DNA from: a virus
DNA length: 64,000 nucleotides
Virus record (IMG/VR): IMGVR_UViG_3300029989_000006
Reading direction: 5' to 3' (one strand)
Below the pieces are notes generated by a model. That model was given only the letters and a program-made list of their open reading frames with translations, was not told where the DNA came from and searched no databases. Below are positions 18,615 through 31,800 of this stretch, one piece after another. Every line of letters starts with the position of its first letter. Within the stretch, counting starts at the first letter, position 1. A program made the translations under genes and the position numbers.

Positions 18615-18998
18615 ATGGAAGAAAAGGCATTAAGATTTAATAGTGGAAAACCTAAATGGTCTTTAGTTCATTATAAATCAATAGTTCCCATGATCCGTGT
18701 ATTGGAATATGGGGCACATAAATACAGCACTTTTATAAGTCAAGATGGATCAAAAACTGTAACAGGTGCTGAGATAACTCAAGAAGAAGCAAAGGATTGG
18801 ATTTTATTAACCTCTGGAAGAAATAATTGGAAGAAACCAATGGATCTGAAAGAGATTTTAGAATCTATGCAACGACATATAGCTCAATTAATGGATGGAG
18901 AAGATTGTGATTTAGAGTCCGGTATTAATCATATGGGACACATAATGTGTAATGCAATGTTCTATAATTATCATAAAGATAATGAACTTTTAACTTAA
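18615..18998 (+). CDS. dATP/dGTP diphosphohydrolase domain protein (DUF5664)
   Basis: RFNSGKPKWSL, VLEYGAHKY, NNWKK, RH, DLESGINHMGHIMCNAMF. Confidence 0.85.
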   Translation: MEEKALRFNSGKPKWSLVHYKSIVPMIRVLEYGAHKYSTFISQDGSKTVTGAEITQEEAKDWILLTSGRNNWKKPMDLKEILESMQRHIAQLMDGEDCDLESGINHMGHIMCNAMFYNYHKDNELLT

Positions 18999-18999
18999 A

Positions 19000-19182
19000 A
19001 TGGAAAAGAAGGCAAAGTTCAAAGTAGTGCATAATAAACCTCAGTTAATTTGCTCTAAATGTAGTGAATTAGTGAAATATTCAAAAGATTTCTCAGAAGA
19101 GGATTGGAAAGCATTTAAAGGAGAGATTTTATTAAAACCACAATTTTGTGATAAATGTGAAGAAATTTTAAAATATAAATAA
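19000..19182 (+). CDS. small Zn-finger protein
   Basis: CSKC and CDKC pairs in 60 aa. Confidence 0.65.
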   Translation: MEKKAKFKVVHNKPQLICSKCSELVKYSKDFSEEDWKAFKGEILLKPQFCDKCEEILKYK

Positions 19183-19604
19183 TGCAATATATTAAATTTT
19201 TACAAGGATTACCAGGAAGCGGAAAAACTACATGGGCTAAGAAAGTAATTGAACTGAATAAAGACTATGTAATTGTTTCTAGAGCAGAAATATCTAAAAT
19301 AGTTGATGGAATCCCTTACACAGAAGAAATTCATAATGATGTGTTTGAATTGCAGAAGATTATTTGTAAAATATTTCTAAATTCTGGAAAATCTGTAATT
19401 CTTGATGATATGAATTTTGATCCAAAATATTGGGAATATTTTTCTCAATTATCTGTTTCTAGAGGCATTCCAATTGAAAGGATTTTCTTTGATGTGCTAG
19501 TTGAAGAATGTATCGAACGAGATTCAAAACGTGAAAAACCAATTGGAAAAGTAGCTATCGAGCTTGCGTATACAAAGTATCTTAAAGATAATAATAATGA
19601 ATAA
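19182..19604 (+). CDS. P-loop kinase (polynucleotide-kinase N-terminal domain, AAA_33-like)
   Basis: GLPGSGKTTWA, SVILDDMN, ECIERDSKR. Confidence 0.85.
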   Translation: MQYIKFLQGLPGSGKTTWAKKVIELNKDYVIVSRAEISKIVDGIPYTEEIHNDVFELQKIICKIFLNSGKSVILDDMNFDPKYWEYFSQLSVSRGIPIERIFFDVLVEECIERDSKREKPIGKVAIELAYTKYLKDNNNE

Positions 19605-19860
19605 AGAGATTGTGATTAAAATTTTGGAAACCAATTCTGTTTCACGAGATGAATTACATATTTTTATTTCAGATTATATATTGGAAAAGAAAAATAAGAA
19701 CATCTCAGGACAAGAATTAGCTGCAATTGAAAGTATGATCCATCAAGGATTTTTAAATCTAAGATTTGCTGCTGAACAAGCTGCATATGATTTGGGATTA
19801 ACAGTATTATCTTTATTGGATAATGCTTCAAATCCTAAAAAAACTTGGGTATATGAATAA
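19597..19860 (+). CDS. hypothetical protein
   Basis: ATG at 19597; ends just before a terminator. Confidence 0.65.
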   Translation: MNKEIVIKILETNSVSRDELHIFISDYILEKKNKNISGQELAAIESMIHQGFLNLRFAAEQAAYDLGLTVLSLLDNASNPKKTWVYE

Positions 19861-19865
19861 ATAAT

Positions 19866-19913
19866 AATAGGGAAGGATTGTAGTTTAACTACAGTCTTTC
19901 CCTATTTTTTTTT
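19866..19913 (+). terminator. Rho-independent terminator
   Basis: AATAGGGAAGGATTGTAGTT-T-AACTACAGTCTTTCCCTATT plus T run. Confidence 0.9.
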
Positions 19914-19944
19914 GATTTTTATATTTTTTATGAAAAAATATTTA

Positions 19945-19952
19945 TATTTTTG
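19945..19952 (+). promoter_or_regulatory. possible Bacteroidota -7 box
   Basis: TATTTTTG upstream of the ATG at 19979; could occur by chance in AT-rich DNA. Confidence 0.4.
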
Positions 19953-19978
19953 ATGATTAATTTAATATTATAATTCTT

Positions 19979-20686
19979 ATGGAAAATTCAAATTTTGCTT
20001 CATATACACCGTACATTGATGATCTTTCATCTGATGAAAAATTAAAAGAATATTATACTCAGCATCCTCATTTTTCTAATGAGTATTTAGATAGATATTT
20101 AGCACAACTAACTCCTGAACCTAAAACTATGATTGTAACAACTCCTAAAGATGAAAAACATTACTCCACAAGTGATATTATAGGAAATAAAGAATATTTT
20201 GCTAAATTATTAGGAACTAAATCTAATTATGTTTCTCCAGTTAAAAATGAAATTACTGATGAAATTAGTAAAATGGATGTACCTGATGAAGATAAAGAAT
20301 ATCTAGTAAAATTAGCAGGAAGAGAAAGTAATTATAATCCAACTGTCAAGAATAAATTTGGGTACTATGGATTATATCAATTTGGTGATAGTGCTCTAAA
20401 AGATATTGGTGAGACTAGACAATCTTTTACAGATAGTGCAACACAGAATAATGGTGCACTAAAATTAGCTAAGTTAAATGAATCTCGTTTACAAAATGTA
20501 ATGAGTGAATTTGTAGGTAAGAAATTTAGGGGATTAAATATCACAAGAAATGGAATTTTAGCTGCAGCACATTTATTAGGTGCAGGAAAAGTGCAGAAAT
20601 GGTTTAGTGAAGAAAAACCTGATGCAAAAGATTATCATGATGGTTTTGGAACAAAAATAGAAGAATATTTAAATCTTTATTCATAA
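19979..20686 (+). CDS. lysozyme-like / lytic transglycosylase domain protein
   Basis: RESNYNP (catalytic Glu), GYYGLYQFG, ILAAAHLLGAG. Confidence 0.85.
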   Translation: MENSNFASYTPYIDDLSSDEKLKEYYTQHPHFSNEYLDRYLAQLTPEPKTMIVTTPKDEKHYSTSDIIGNKEYFAKLLGTKSNYVSPVKNEITDEISKMDVPDEDKEYLVKLAGRESNYNPTVKNKFGYYGLYQFGDSALKDIGETRQSFTDSATQNNGALKLAKLNESRLQNVMSEFVGKKFRGLNITRNGILAAAHLLGAGKVQKWFSEEKPDAKDYHDGFGTKIEEYLNLYS

Positions 20687-20694
20687 TAAAACAG

Positions 20695-20734
20695 AAATAC
20701 CCACAGTACAATCGTACTGTGGGTATTTTTTTTT
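20695..20734. terminator. hairpin terminator between the convergent arms (probably bidirectional)
   Basis: AAATACCCACAGTAC-AATC-GTACTGTGGGTATTT plus T run; A-rich on the other side. Confidence 0.9.
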
Positions 20735-23700
20735 ATTCTGATGGATGCATAAACTCAAACATCTTAAGATCTTTATTCATTAATTGTTCAAATGTTTTAT
20801 TTCCTCATAATACACTGTGTACATCTGTTGCAGTTTTAGTTCCTCAAGCTCAAAAAACTGGCTCAGTTTTTAAAGCTCCTAAAGTATTATTTCATAAATT
20901 TCCTTCACTTAATACTTTTTTATTTACGGATGCCATAAACTCTACTGTTCTTCCATCAATTCCATCAGTACCATTTTCTGCAATTCAGCCATCATAAATA
21001 GCCTTCATCATACCAAACAGTAAAACCATTAATAATGAATCTACCATTGCAAAACCTACTCTCTCATTTCTATGATCTTTATTTTTTGCAATTTCTCCTC
21101 AGTTTCCTTTTATAACATCTTGCATTAGATATCCTACAGAGTATAATAACCCTTCTTGTGGATGTCCTACTCATGCTAACATTGGATCTCCAGTATTTTC
21201 AGTAGTTGCTTTAAATCCAATAATTTCATCAGGATTTGTTTGACTATAAACAGGTTCTCTTCATAATAATTGACCTGTTTCCTCATCAGTTACTTGTTGA
21301 TGACTTCCCATCATACTTTTATCTGCAGAAACTGGTTTACCAAATCACATATTCATCTTACCTGGCCAGAATTGAAGTAATTGTAATCAGATTATTCCAT
21401 ACCAAGTATTATGTCACTCGGCTTGACTATCTTTATCATAATATCCATAAACTGTATCAGTAAAAGATTTAAATCCAGTTCTTTCTTTTTCAGAATAAGC
21501 TTGATCTAATAAATCAGTTGCTTCATCAAGAATTGGATTGTTTCCTTTAGCTAATTCTGTATTTCTTTCACCTAAAATTATTGTATAAAGATTTCTTTGT
21601 TCATTATATTTTAGATTATTCTTTGCAGGAATATATTGTCCATCAGCATTTTTATATTTTTCTCTATTTTGGAAATAATATTCAAATCGCTTATCTTGAG
21701 TTGGATCATAGTGTATATAACCTTTATCGTCTAAAGTATGTGCATAAAAACTTCCATCATGAATCATTTTTGCAATGAATAGAGATAATCTATTATAATA
21801 ATCAGGAATAGTATTACAAGCATACATCCATTTACTTAATCCTAACATAGCACCTCTTCTATTTGTCTGCATTTTTCTCGGTAAAGAATTAACATCCATA
21901 TTTGCAAATCCATAATAAAGATTTATTCCATCCATTAAATTTCATTTTTTAGACATTTTATTATCAACTGCTAACATAATCTTCATTGCTTCTGCTAAAT
22001 CTTTAATATTAAATGGTTTTTTTCCACCATAAATATTAAGGGCAGCCAATCCTACATTTTTATACAATCCAAATGTTAATTCCTTTGCCATTAAAGCAGG
22101 ACGAAATCCTAACATTGCAGCAGTTGCAATGGTTTTCCCTGATCGAACTAATCTAATTGCATCACTTGCCTCTGGATCAATAATAGGTTCATCAAATAAT
22201 CCTAATTTTATTCTATTAGTAATGTATTCTAATTGTTTAGATATGTTTTCTTTATTTTTTCCTGCAAGTAATTTCATTCATCAAACATATGATGTAATAT
22301 TTGGAAGAATTGCGTCAACATTTGCTTTTCTTATACTACTGAAAGCAACTCTATGAGCTATTGTATCTAAATCCAATTCATAATATCCTGGGGAATTTTC
22401 ATTAATTAGTCTAACTTTCATTTCATCTGATTGCATAGAATAAATATCATACATTTCATTGAAACCTAATTGTGTTTCTTTAATTCTATTTAAATCATTT
22501 TCTGAAAATTCTCTTGGATCTAAATAGTCCTTAGTTTCATCAAGTCATTTAGATACATCTTGTCATAATCCTGCTAATCCACTTTTTAAAATTCTATCAT
22601 TTCTATTAATTTGTTGAGAACGCATTATTGGCATTTTGAAATAATCTCCAGAAATAATACTCTTTATAATTATACCAGAAGTATCAGTTTTAGTAATAGA
22701 TTCTATACTTGTTAAATCAATTTTACCTCATAATTTTTCTGGAATATGTAGTCTATATTTTTTAATTTCAAATAACATTTGCTTAGAATATTCTTGTTCA
22801 GCCTGTGTTAGAGTCTTATCAGAATATGGATCTTTTAATGACCAACTATTAGAAACTTCACTGCCATCATGTTCTCACATATTTTTATTAAGAGATCTAA
22901 CATTACCAATTCAATTTTGTGAAAGATTTGAGTAGTTTATTTTTTTAAAAAATTCATATGTAAATGCAGCTATTGTAGTAGATTGTTTATACATTTTATG
23001 TCTAATACTAGAATTTGCTCCTGTAATCATTTTATTAATATTCTGTAAATCTACAGAACCTATACGATCAGGAGTATTAGTTTTCAAACCACCAATAATT
23101 CCTAAAATTCTTCTACCAGTTTTATCATAATCTGCTTGTTCATCTGAATAAAAAGCTGCTAATAAACTTTTAAAATCAGAGAAACCAATAGCAAAATTTC
23201 TCATTTGCATAAAATCTCCCTCTGGGACATCTCCTGATTTAGCAACAATTAATGAAGATAGAATTGCAAAAACATATTCAAGTCTGTTCTTAAAATCAAT
23301 TTCAGAACCAAAAGTTTTTTTCTTTAATTCTGGAAAAGCATCAGCAAGTTCTCTATGAATTTGTTTCAATTTATACAATTCCATTCCTTGATAATCTTCA
23401 CCATATTTTAAAACAATTTTTTCAACTGATGTAGACTCTAAATTAAGAACTGCCTCTTGCATTTCTGTAACAGCTCTATCTGTAAGATTAAGAAAATTAG
23501 ATAAATTTATTTTTGGAGTTATTCCTTTTGAAGTTAATAAATCAAAATATTGTTTTTGTATTTTATTTACATCAAAATATCTTGCCTGAGATCCCTCAAC
23601 ATTTAATGGTATTAAATTCTTAATTTTATTGAAATCTAAATCTAATTCATCATAATAATGATGAAAAAATAATAACATTTTTAAATATTCAACCTCAGCA

Positions 23701-25334
23701 AATGTTGTGTTTTTATCATATTTTGCATCACCATTTAATACAGTCAAACTAAATAAAACTAATTTATTACTTCTTTTACTTTTTAATAAGATAAATCCTA
23801 AAGAATCAAGTGCCATATTATTTTCAACAACTTTATAATCACCATTTAAATACGGAGATAGTAAGGCATTAACATGAAGGGTTTGGTGGTCATTAGCCAT
23901 CTTAAGAGGTAAATCCGATTTATTTAGAATTGCCTCAGAAATTTTATCCTTTAATTGCGTAACTCTGTAATAGTTATTTTCCGATAATTTCTTAGTATAT
24001 GCGTAAACTCTTTCTTTAAATTTTACCAGTTTTTCAGCATCTGATAAACCTGGTGCCCTAAATCTAAAATTTTCATCTTTAATTAAACCAAGTTCAAAAT
24101 CATCAATTTTACTAATAAATTCTAATTTATTATTTTTTATTGCATCTGCAATTATTTTTTCTGGATCATTTTCATCCTTAGATGTTTTGATCTTATATAA
24201 TGGGAATAAAAAAGCTAAATCTGCTAAAAATCTATCATTCTTTTTAGTATCATATTCTATATTAAACTTTTCAGGAATAATTAACTGAGCAGTTCTTGTT
24301 ATAGTACCAGTAGATTGTAAACCAGTATTTGCAGCAGATAATGATACAATTTTTCCTGCGCTAAAATTAATTGGATTAAATTTATTTAAAGTTGAACGTT
24401 CTCCAATACTGATTGGAATAACATTTATAGAAATAATATTTTTAGCATTAATATGTTGTGCTAATAACTGTCTTTGAAGTGCTAATTCTCAATCTGTTGT
24501 TAATTTCTTTGTTGAATCCCAGTCTGGATAATCACGTTTTGATAATTTTAATTCAAAAATATGAACATTTCCATCCTCATCAACTACAACAAAATCTAAT
24601 TTTCCTTTTAAACCAATGGCTCCACCATCTATAGTATCTAATATAACATTAGTTAATATAGTTCCTTTACTATTTAGAGTTGAATAAATTTTATATAATA
24701 CATCTTTAATTTTATCTTTTCAATCCTGACTTTCTCCACCTAAATGCCATTTATTCTTTTCAATTAAATCATCAATATTCTGTTCAACACTAATATTAAA
24801 TTCACCTTGAGAAAATTTAAGACTACTTAAAATTGAATGTAATCCAATTCCAAAATCTCTTAATCCTTTTTCTATTTCAATAACATCTTGAATATCCTTT
24901 GTATATTGTATGATTTTATTACTTATATCTGGATTATCAGCATATTGAGAAATTAGTTCTTTTAAACTTCAATCAATATGTGGATTAACTCCATCAGAAA
25001 TTAATTTCCTTTTAACTTCTGATAGTATTCTATTTTCTTCAATATATTCAGGAGCTAATCTTTGTTTAGAAATTCCTAAAGTTCCTAAAAACTCTTCCTG
25101 TCTAGTAGTAATAAATTGTGAAATATCCATTTTACTTGGATCCATTGATATAGTTTTTCCTCTTGGAAATTGATCTTTAATTTTATCTACTATACTATTT
25201 ACAATTTCATCAGAACTAAAAATTTTTGTATTTTTTAGTTCTGATGTATTTTTATAATAATATTCAGTTAATCCTGTTAAAGTTACAGGATGTTTAAAAT
25301 TATCCTTTAATAAGTAAGTACAATTTATTGACAT
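20733..25334 (-). CDS. giant virion cargo protein (~1533 aa, TGA=Trp) with PD-(D/E)xK nuclease-like domain
   Basis: Track fragments starting at 25334, 23900, 22277, 21935 share one frame; starts MSINC; GKLDFVVVDEDGNVHIFELKLS at ~24545-24606; TAA at 20733. Confidence 0.85.
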
Positions 25335-28300
25335 TGTATTTCTAAATTATTGTTTTTAATTTGTTCTGACATTCATTCACGGAAATTGGTTTCAAATAAA
25401 ATTAAACTTTCATTTCCTATTTCATGAGAGAGTCTGGGAAATCTTGATTCCATAGTAGTATTTAATATAGAAAATATATTTGAATCTTCTGTTATTGGTT
25501 CTAATTCTAATTTTATTAAAGCACTATTTATTGCATTGCTAAATGATTTATAATCAATAATATTTTCAATTCCAAGATTAATTTTATTAGTTAATTTATT
25601 AATTAATTCTTCTTCTAATTCAGATAAATCTTCTGTTTTAGAATTAGAAAGTAATTTATAATTTTGTAATACTTCTTCATATGTATTTTTACTTAAATCA
25701 TTGTATTTTAATGCAATAAAAAATAAATGTAAATACTCATGAATAATATTTTGTTTACCAGAATTAAGATTTGCAGTATTTATAACCAATCTTTGTCCTT
25801 GTTCATTAGATTCTATTCAAGCCTGTTTAGATTGAAGATCAGTATTATATACATGATCTACATCAATATTAAAAATTGTTGAAAATCTTTTAGTTAAATC
25901 TGAAAGTATAATTCTATTTCTAGCAATAATATCCTCAGGAGAATTATTATTTTCACCAATTTTAAGATCTAATTTTTCTAATTTTGATCCAATTTTACGA
26001 TTTCCTTTCTTTGCATAAATTCACATTATATCATTAGAATTTTTAGGAATAGTTTTAATTACTGTTAGAATTTTACCCCTGTGTGAAAATGTATTAAATT
26101 CTATAGTAATGTTATCAGCTGAAGCAGAAGTAATTTGATATAATTTGTTTTGAGAAACCATATTTCCATCAACTGTCTTAGCTAATACAATATACGCTCC
26201 AGGTTGTAATAATTCTCTTTTTTGTTCAGTTTTTTCCTGAAAATTAGAATTATACAATGCTTTATTAAATCTTTGATAATAACCTCTTTCTAAAGTTTTT
26301 ACATATAATCCAGTTCCGTTAATATTTCGTTTAAAATTAATTGCATTAATTAAATCCTCAGTAACATTAGTGTATCCTTCATAGTCTTTTGGATTTTTAT
26401 TATATATTTCTTCTGCAACAAGTGTTCCTATATTTAATTGTCCACTTGGCATTAACAAAGCTGTCTGAAAATCTAAATTACTTGGGATAAAACATAACAT
26501 TGAAGTTTTATCTTCTCCTTCATATAAAGTCTGTAAAAATAAATTATTATATTCTATATTTTCAATAGCAGAACTTCTACTAATATCACGTGTAGTAATA
26601 AAATTAGTTCGTTTTGATAAATCATTATCTACTAAATATTCATTTATTGGCATTAAAGTTTTTTTATCAAAATTAATCATTGCTAATAAATTTTTATCTT
26701 TATTTAGTATTTGATAAATTTGATTATATTCAACTCCTTCATTAGTTTGCTTTGGTATTATAACAAAGTCTCCTTCTGAACTTAATTCAAAATTATCAAA
26801 ACTTGAATAAGAAAATTTAGCTGGAGATTGATCTTTTGCAATTCTATTTGCAAATTCTGACATTTCTTGAAATACTTCTCTAGTAACCTGTGGTTTTTTT
26901 CTATAAACATTTACTACAGAATCTCTACTAATTGCTTCAGAATAATATTTATCATTTCTTTTTACTAATATATAAATTGATTTTTCATCATCACTTATTC
27001 CAAGAACTTTATTATATCTTCTTTTACCTTTTTCATCAATATGAAGTATATAATCAGATGAATCAATAGGAACTTGAGGATTTCTTCTTAATTCTATTGC
27101 ATCATAATTTTTTAATGTCTGAACTTTTTCTTCCCATGTTTGGTCAGTAAATTCATCTTCAAATGCATTTTTATGTGTTATTAGAGTTGTAATTCTATCT
27201 AAATTAACATATGGATTTTCTAATAATACATCTTGTTTTTCACCAGTATAAACTTTATTAAGCAATAATTTAGAAGGAGAAACATCTTTAATAGTATTTC
27301 AATAAGTTTTTACCTCAGTTTGTTTAGCCCCATTCTTTATTTTTTCTTTTCTAGTTTCACTTTGGACTCTACCACCTCTTACTGCGCTAGATAAAACTAA
27401 TGATTTAGGTAAATATTCACCCTTATTTGCTTTTATAACAATTGAATCATTTGAATTTATTTCATTTGCTTCAGTAGTATTTAGTATTTTAGTTCCTTTA
27501 GCTAATTTTCTAAATTTTATTTCTCCTAAATATATTCTGTCTGTGGCAATTTTAATTTTTCCTTCACTATTATAAAATCCTCTAATTTTTATTCTATCAT
27601 CCTCTATATCCACATCAACAGGAACAATATATCTTGTATAATCCTCTTTTTTAGGAATTAATATTAAATCTTGACCAAGACTTAGATTGGATTTTATAAA
27701 ATTAACCATAGATTCTAAATCTGTAAAATCTTTAGAAGTTTCTTGTGGTGAATAATAATCATCCTTTTTTTCTAGATACTTCTGAATCTTTATTCCCTTT
27801 TGAGTTAAAGTAGATTTTAAATAATCATCAGATATTTTACCATATTCCTCTGATGCTTCTTTATTTTTATCTACTCAATTTGTTTCTCCTAAATTAAAAA
27901 TTTGTTTTAAAAGTAAATCAAATTGTGTATTTAAAAGGAATTTTGAACCAGTTATTATATTTACTAAATCAGCGTAAATGGCATCTCTATTAGGATTTTG
28001 AGATAAACTGTCTAAAATTGGATTCTGAAATTCTAAATTTTCATTTTCTCCAATAAATTTTCCAATAAAAAATTCTTCTGGAGTATATTCTTTAGTTATG
28101 CCATATTTTAATAAAACATTTGATAAATTTTCTTTAGACATTAAAGATCCCTGATGTTTAAAAATTCCATAGAACATAGAGAGATAATTATTTTTATCAT
28201 AAACTATTGTTGGATCTTCTGTTCCATTATTTATTACAGTAGCTTGATTTTGATCAAATTGTCCTGAAATAAATATTTTCTTATGTTTTAAAGGTCCTTT

Positions 28301-28855
28301 ATAAAAGTTATTTAAAATAATAAATAATGCATTATCTGTTTGTGCTTCTATAGTTGTATCACTAAAACTGTTTAAATAATCCTCTAATTTATTTAATTCA
28401 TCTATTGGAGCAGTAGTATTTAATACTCCAGTAATGTTTAGATTATTAAAATAAGTATCAATTTTATTTTCTGAAGCAAGATTTAATAATTCCTGAAAAT
28501 TAATCTTCTGATATTTAGTTCCATTAATTTTTTTATAATCAAAGGCAATATCATAATTAAGATTCTTTCATATTGCATTTTGTAATGAATTATTAGTTAC
28601 CTTCTTACTAATAAGTTCATTTAATTTAGTAATAACCTCGGAATCTTTAGTGTTTCTAATTATGTTATTTATTTCATTTACTGTTAAACCTGTATGTAAT
28701 GAATTTAAATAGGCAAGCAAATTACTAGTACCTTCTTCTTTAGAAGTTGGGAGTAATTCTAGAAATTTTTGATCCTGTAAAGATATTTGGTTTACAGTGG
28801 AGGGGATTCTTAGTTCCCCCCCATTTGGTAATTTTACATAAAAATAGCACTTCAT
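25325..28855 (-). CDS. large virion cargo protein (~1176 aa, TGA=Trp) with C-terminal zincin HExxH motif
   Basis: Fragments 28864, 28177, 27709, 27265, 25789 share one frame and end in TGA; starts MKC (TAATG overlap); IIHEYLH at 25727-25747; ends IQCQ-TAA. Confidence 0.82.
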
Positions 28856-31800
28856 TATATACAATTATAATTAATTATTAATCCCTTTAAGTTAATTAGG
28901 TTTTTTAATTTATCTACATTTCTAGTTAACTCTAAATTTGCGTTATTTACTATATCCATTTCAGTATTAATAACATAATCTCCATTTACTAATGATAAAT
29001 TATTATTAACTCCAGTTGTTAATTTATTTCTAACATTTAAAGTTAAAAATAATAAAGTATTTAATTTACTTCTATAGATTTCTATTCTAATTGCTGGATT
29101 TTCAATTGGTAATAAATCAAGTAGTTTTGCTTCTCCTCTATCAATTGCAACTGAATATTTTATATATTCTCCTGCAATATTATTATTATTCTTTATATAA
29201 TCCTCAAACATTGGAGTTAATCTCTTATCTCCATAAGAATCATTATTTACAATTAAATTATAAACATAAAGTAAATCTTTTCACTGCATATTAACTCCTC
29301 TTACATTTGGTATTTTTACACACTTTTGATCAATTTCATTAAATTGATTTAATAATATCTGAAATTTTTCCAAATTAATAGTTGAATTTAAACTGCTAAT
29401 AGGAAAAGTTGGAGTAACCTGTGTTGTGGAAATATTAAAGCTATTTTTAACAGTAGATAATCTTAATATATTACCTAAATCTGTATTTTGTTCATTTTTT
29501 AAAATTTGTAATCCTAATACTTCTACCATTCTTTTAAAATTAGCAATACCAGTATCAGTTTTTAAATCAATTATATAATCAGGATCAGTAACTTTTACTG
29601 TTACAACTTTTCCTTGGTCAAATACTGTAGGATTTACAAGTAAAGCTCCTGAAGTTGAAATCTTAGCTAAATCATCTCTGTATAAAGTTATTGAGTTTAT
29701 ACCTGCTAATCTTAATCAATCCTGAACTTTAAATACTAATGCTTCAGCTTTTTCTCCATTTTTTAATCAAGAGGCAACAGCTAATTTATCATATAAATTA
29801 ATTATTCTTCTAATCATAACATCATCAATGTTGATAGAAAATGCAGGATTACCTCTTCAAGTTTTAATTGCTCCTTTATTATATTGTTGGATATTTAGAG
29901 AATTTGTTCTGATAATATCACGCATTTGCGAAAATATAAAATTATACTTTTTTGACGATATTAAAAGTATATTATTAATAATACCAACACCATCAATCAT
30001 AGCTTTGAAATGTGGTGAATTTTCTATCACATCAAAAATATTTATTGTATTTTTTATAAGATTGTAATAGCTTGTGGTTATTTTTCTATAATTTTCATTC
30101 TTTGGATGCATATAATATCTAAAGTCAAACTGCCCTCCCAATAAACTTACATTTTTAGTTTCTTCAACACCAGTTGAATTAATAAAAGATATCTCTACAT
30201 TATTTGCTAAATTAAATATATCTCTAACATAACCTCTATCCTTTTCTCCTTCATGCAGAAGTGGATTTTGTCTAATGACTCTATTAATTAATGAAATTCT
30301 AAATTGTTCAGATGTATCCCAAGTTGAACTATCTCTTAATTTTATTGCATCCTGTCCAAATATGGCACCCTCTCTATTTCATAGAATTTGATCAAATCCA
30401 GTTAAGAATCTATTTAATTCTATAGAATTAGCAGCAATTTTCTGATTAACTTTTAACATACTTGCTAAAATCTTAAATTCTTGTGCTCCTTCATAAATAT
30501 CATGAAATGTTTCTAGATCTTTAAATTGCTGTAATATAGATGCCTCTAATTGTTTCTTTTCATTATCAAATTGTGTTGAAATTAATATAGTTTCTTTCTC
30601 AGTTTTTGGAATTATTTGAGAATATTTTTTCTCAAGTTCTTCAATTAATTTTGTTTTATCATTATTTAGCATTGTTTCATAAGATACTAATAATTCATTA
30701 ATATATAATTTCTTTGGATCTTTAAAATAATTTGTATTTAATCCTTTAATTAGATATTGAACAATTGGAGAATTCATATATTTTACTACTTCATCAATTG
30801 AAATTCCTAATGAAGTTAGGTATAAATGGGTTCCTAATAATTCAGTTATTCCATTAATTTTTGCCATAACTAACTCCTTTGCATTATCAGTTGCACCTGA
30901 TATAATATTTGAAACAACTACTGCAGCTCTATTGTTAAGAACATCCAGCTGTTTATTTAATTTAGTTAATCCAAAAGCATCTTCTAATTCCTTAGTCATT
31001 TCTTTAGATATATTAATATCTGCAATTGAGGAGATATTATATGATTTACCATTAATATTAAAGGTTTTCAAGAAAGCTTTATTACTTAATCTTAAATCTT
31101 CTGGTTGAGTTTCTAAATGTTTATATCAATTATTGTAATAATTAGTTAATGCTAAAAATACTTTTAATCCATTTGCACCAATACCTACATCAGCCTTACC
31201 AACTGCTGCCTCTTTCTGTTGTTTATAGAAACTTAACATATCTCAATTTGATAAATTTCTATAACTTGCATCCATTCCTGCATTTTTTGCAGCATCATGA
31301 AGTGATTCTACATCTACTGGTATAGAAGAAAGAAATTGACTACTTGGGGCAGAAATAACTTGTCTAATTCTTGCAATAACAGAATTTTTTACTGCATTTT
31401 TAGAATAAATAAATTTCTTAAATGAATTATGTTTATTAACTAAATTTAAAACTAAGTTTGCATATGGATTTATATTATTTTTAATAACAATAACATCTAC
31501 TTGATTAAGTTTTCTTAAGATATTTCCAATAATTTTTGCTTCATCTAAAGATAAATTAATATCTGAAAGATCTTCAATATCACTTGGAATATTAGTTATT
31601 TTTGAAAAATCTAATATATCTTGATCTAGATTAATACCATTATCATTAAATGTGTATTTTTTATATGAAGGTAATGGAAATTTCTCTAATTCATTTAACT
31701 CCTCAACTGTTGAATAATTTGATAAATTAGTTCAAGTATCATATTGACCACTTTTATTAAATCCATATCCCATGATATATGCTTTATCAATATCGAAGTC

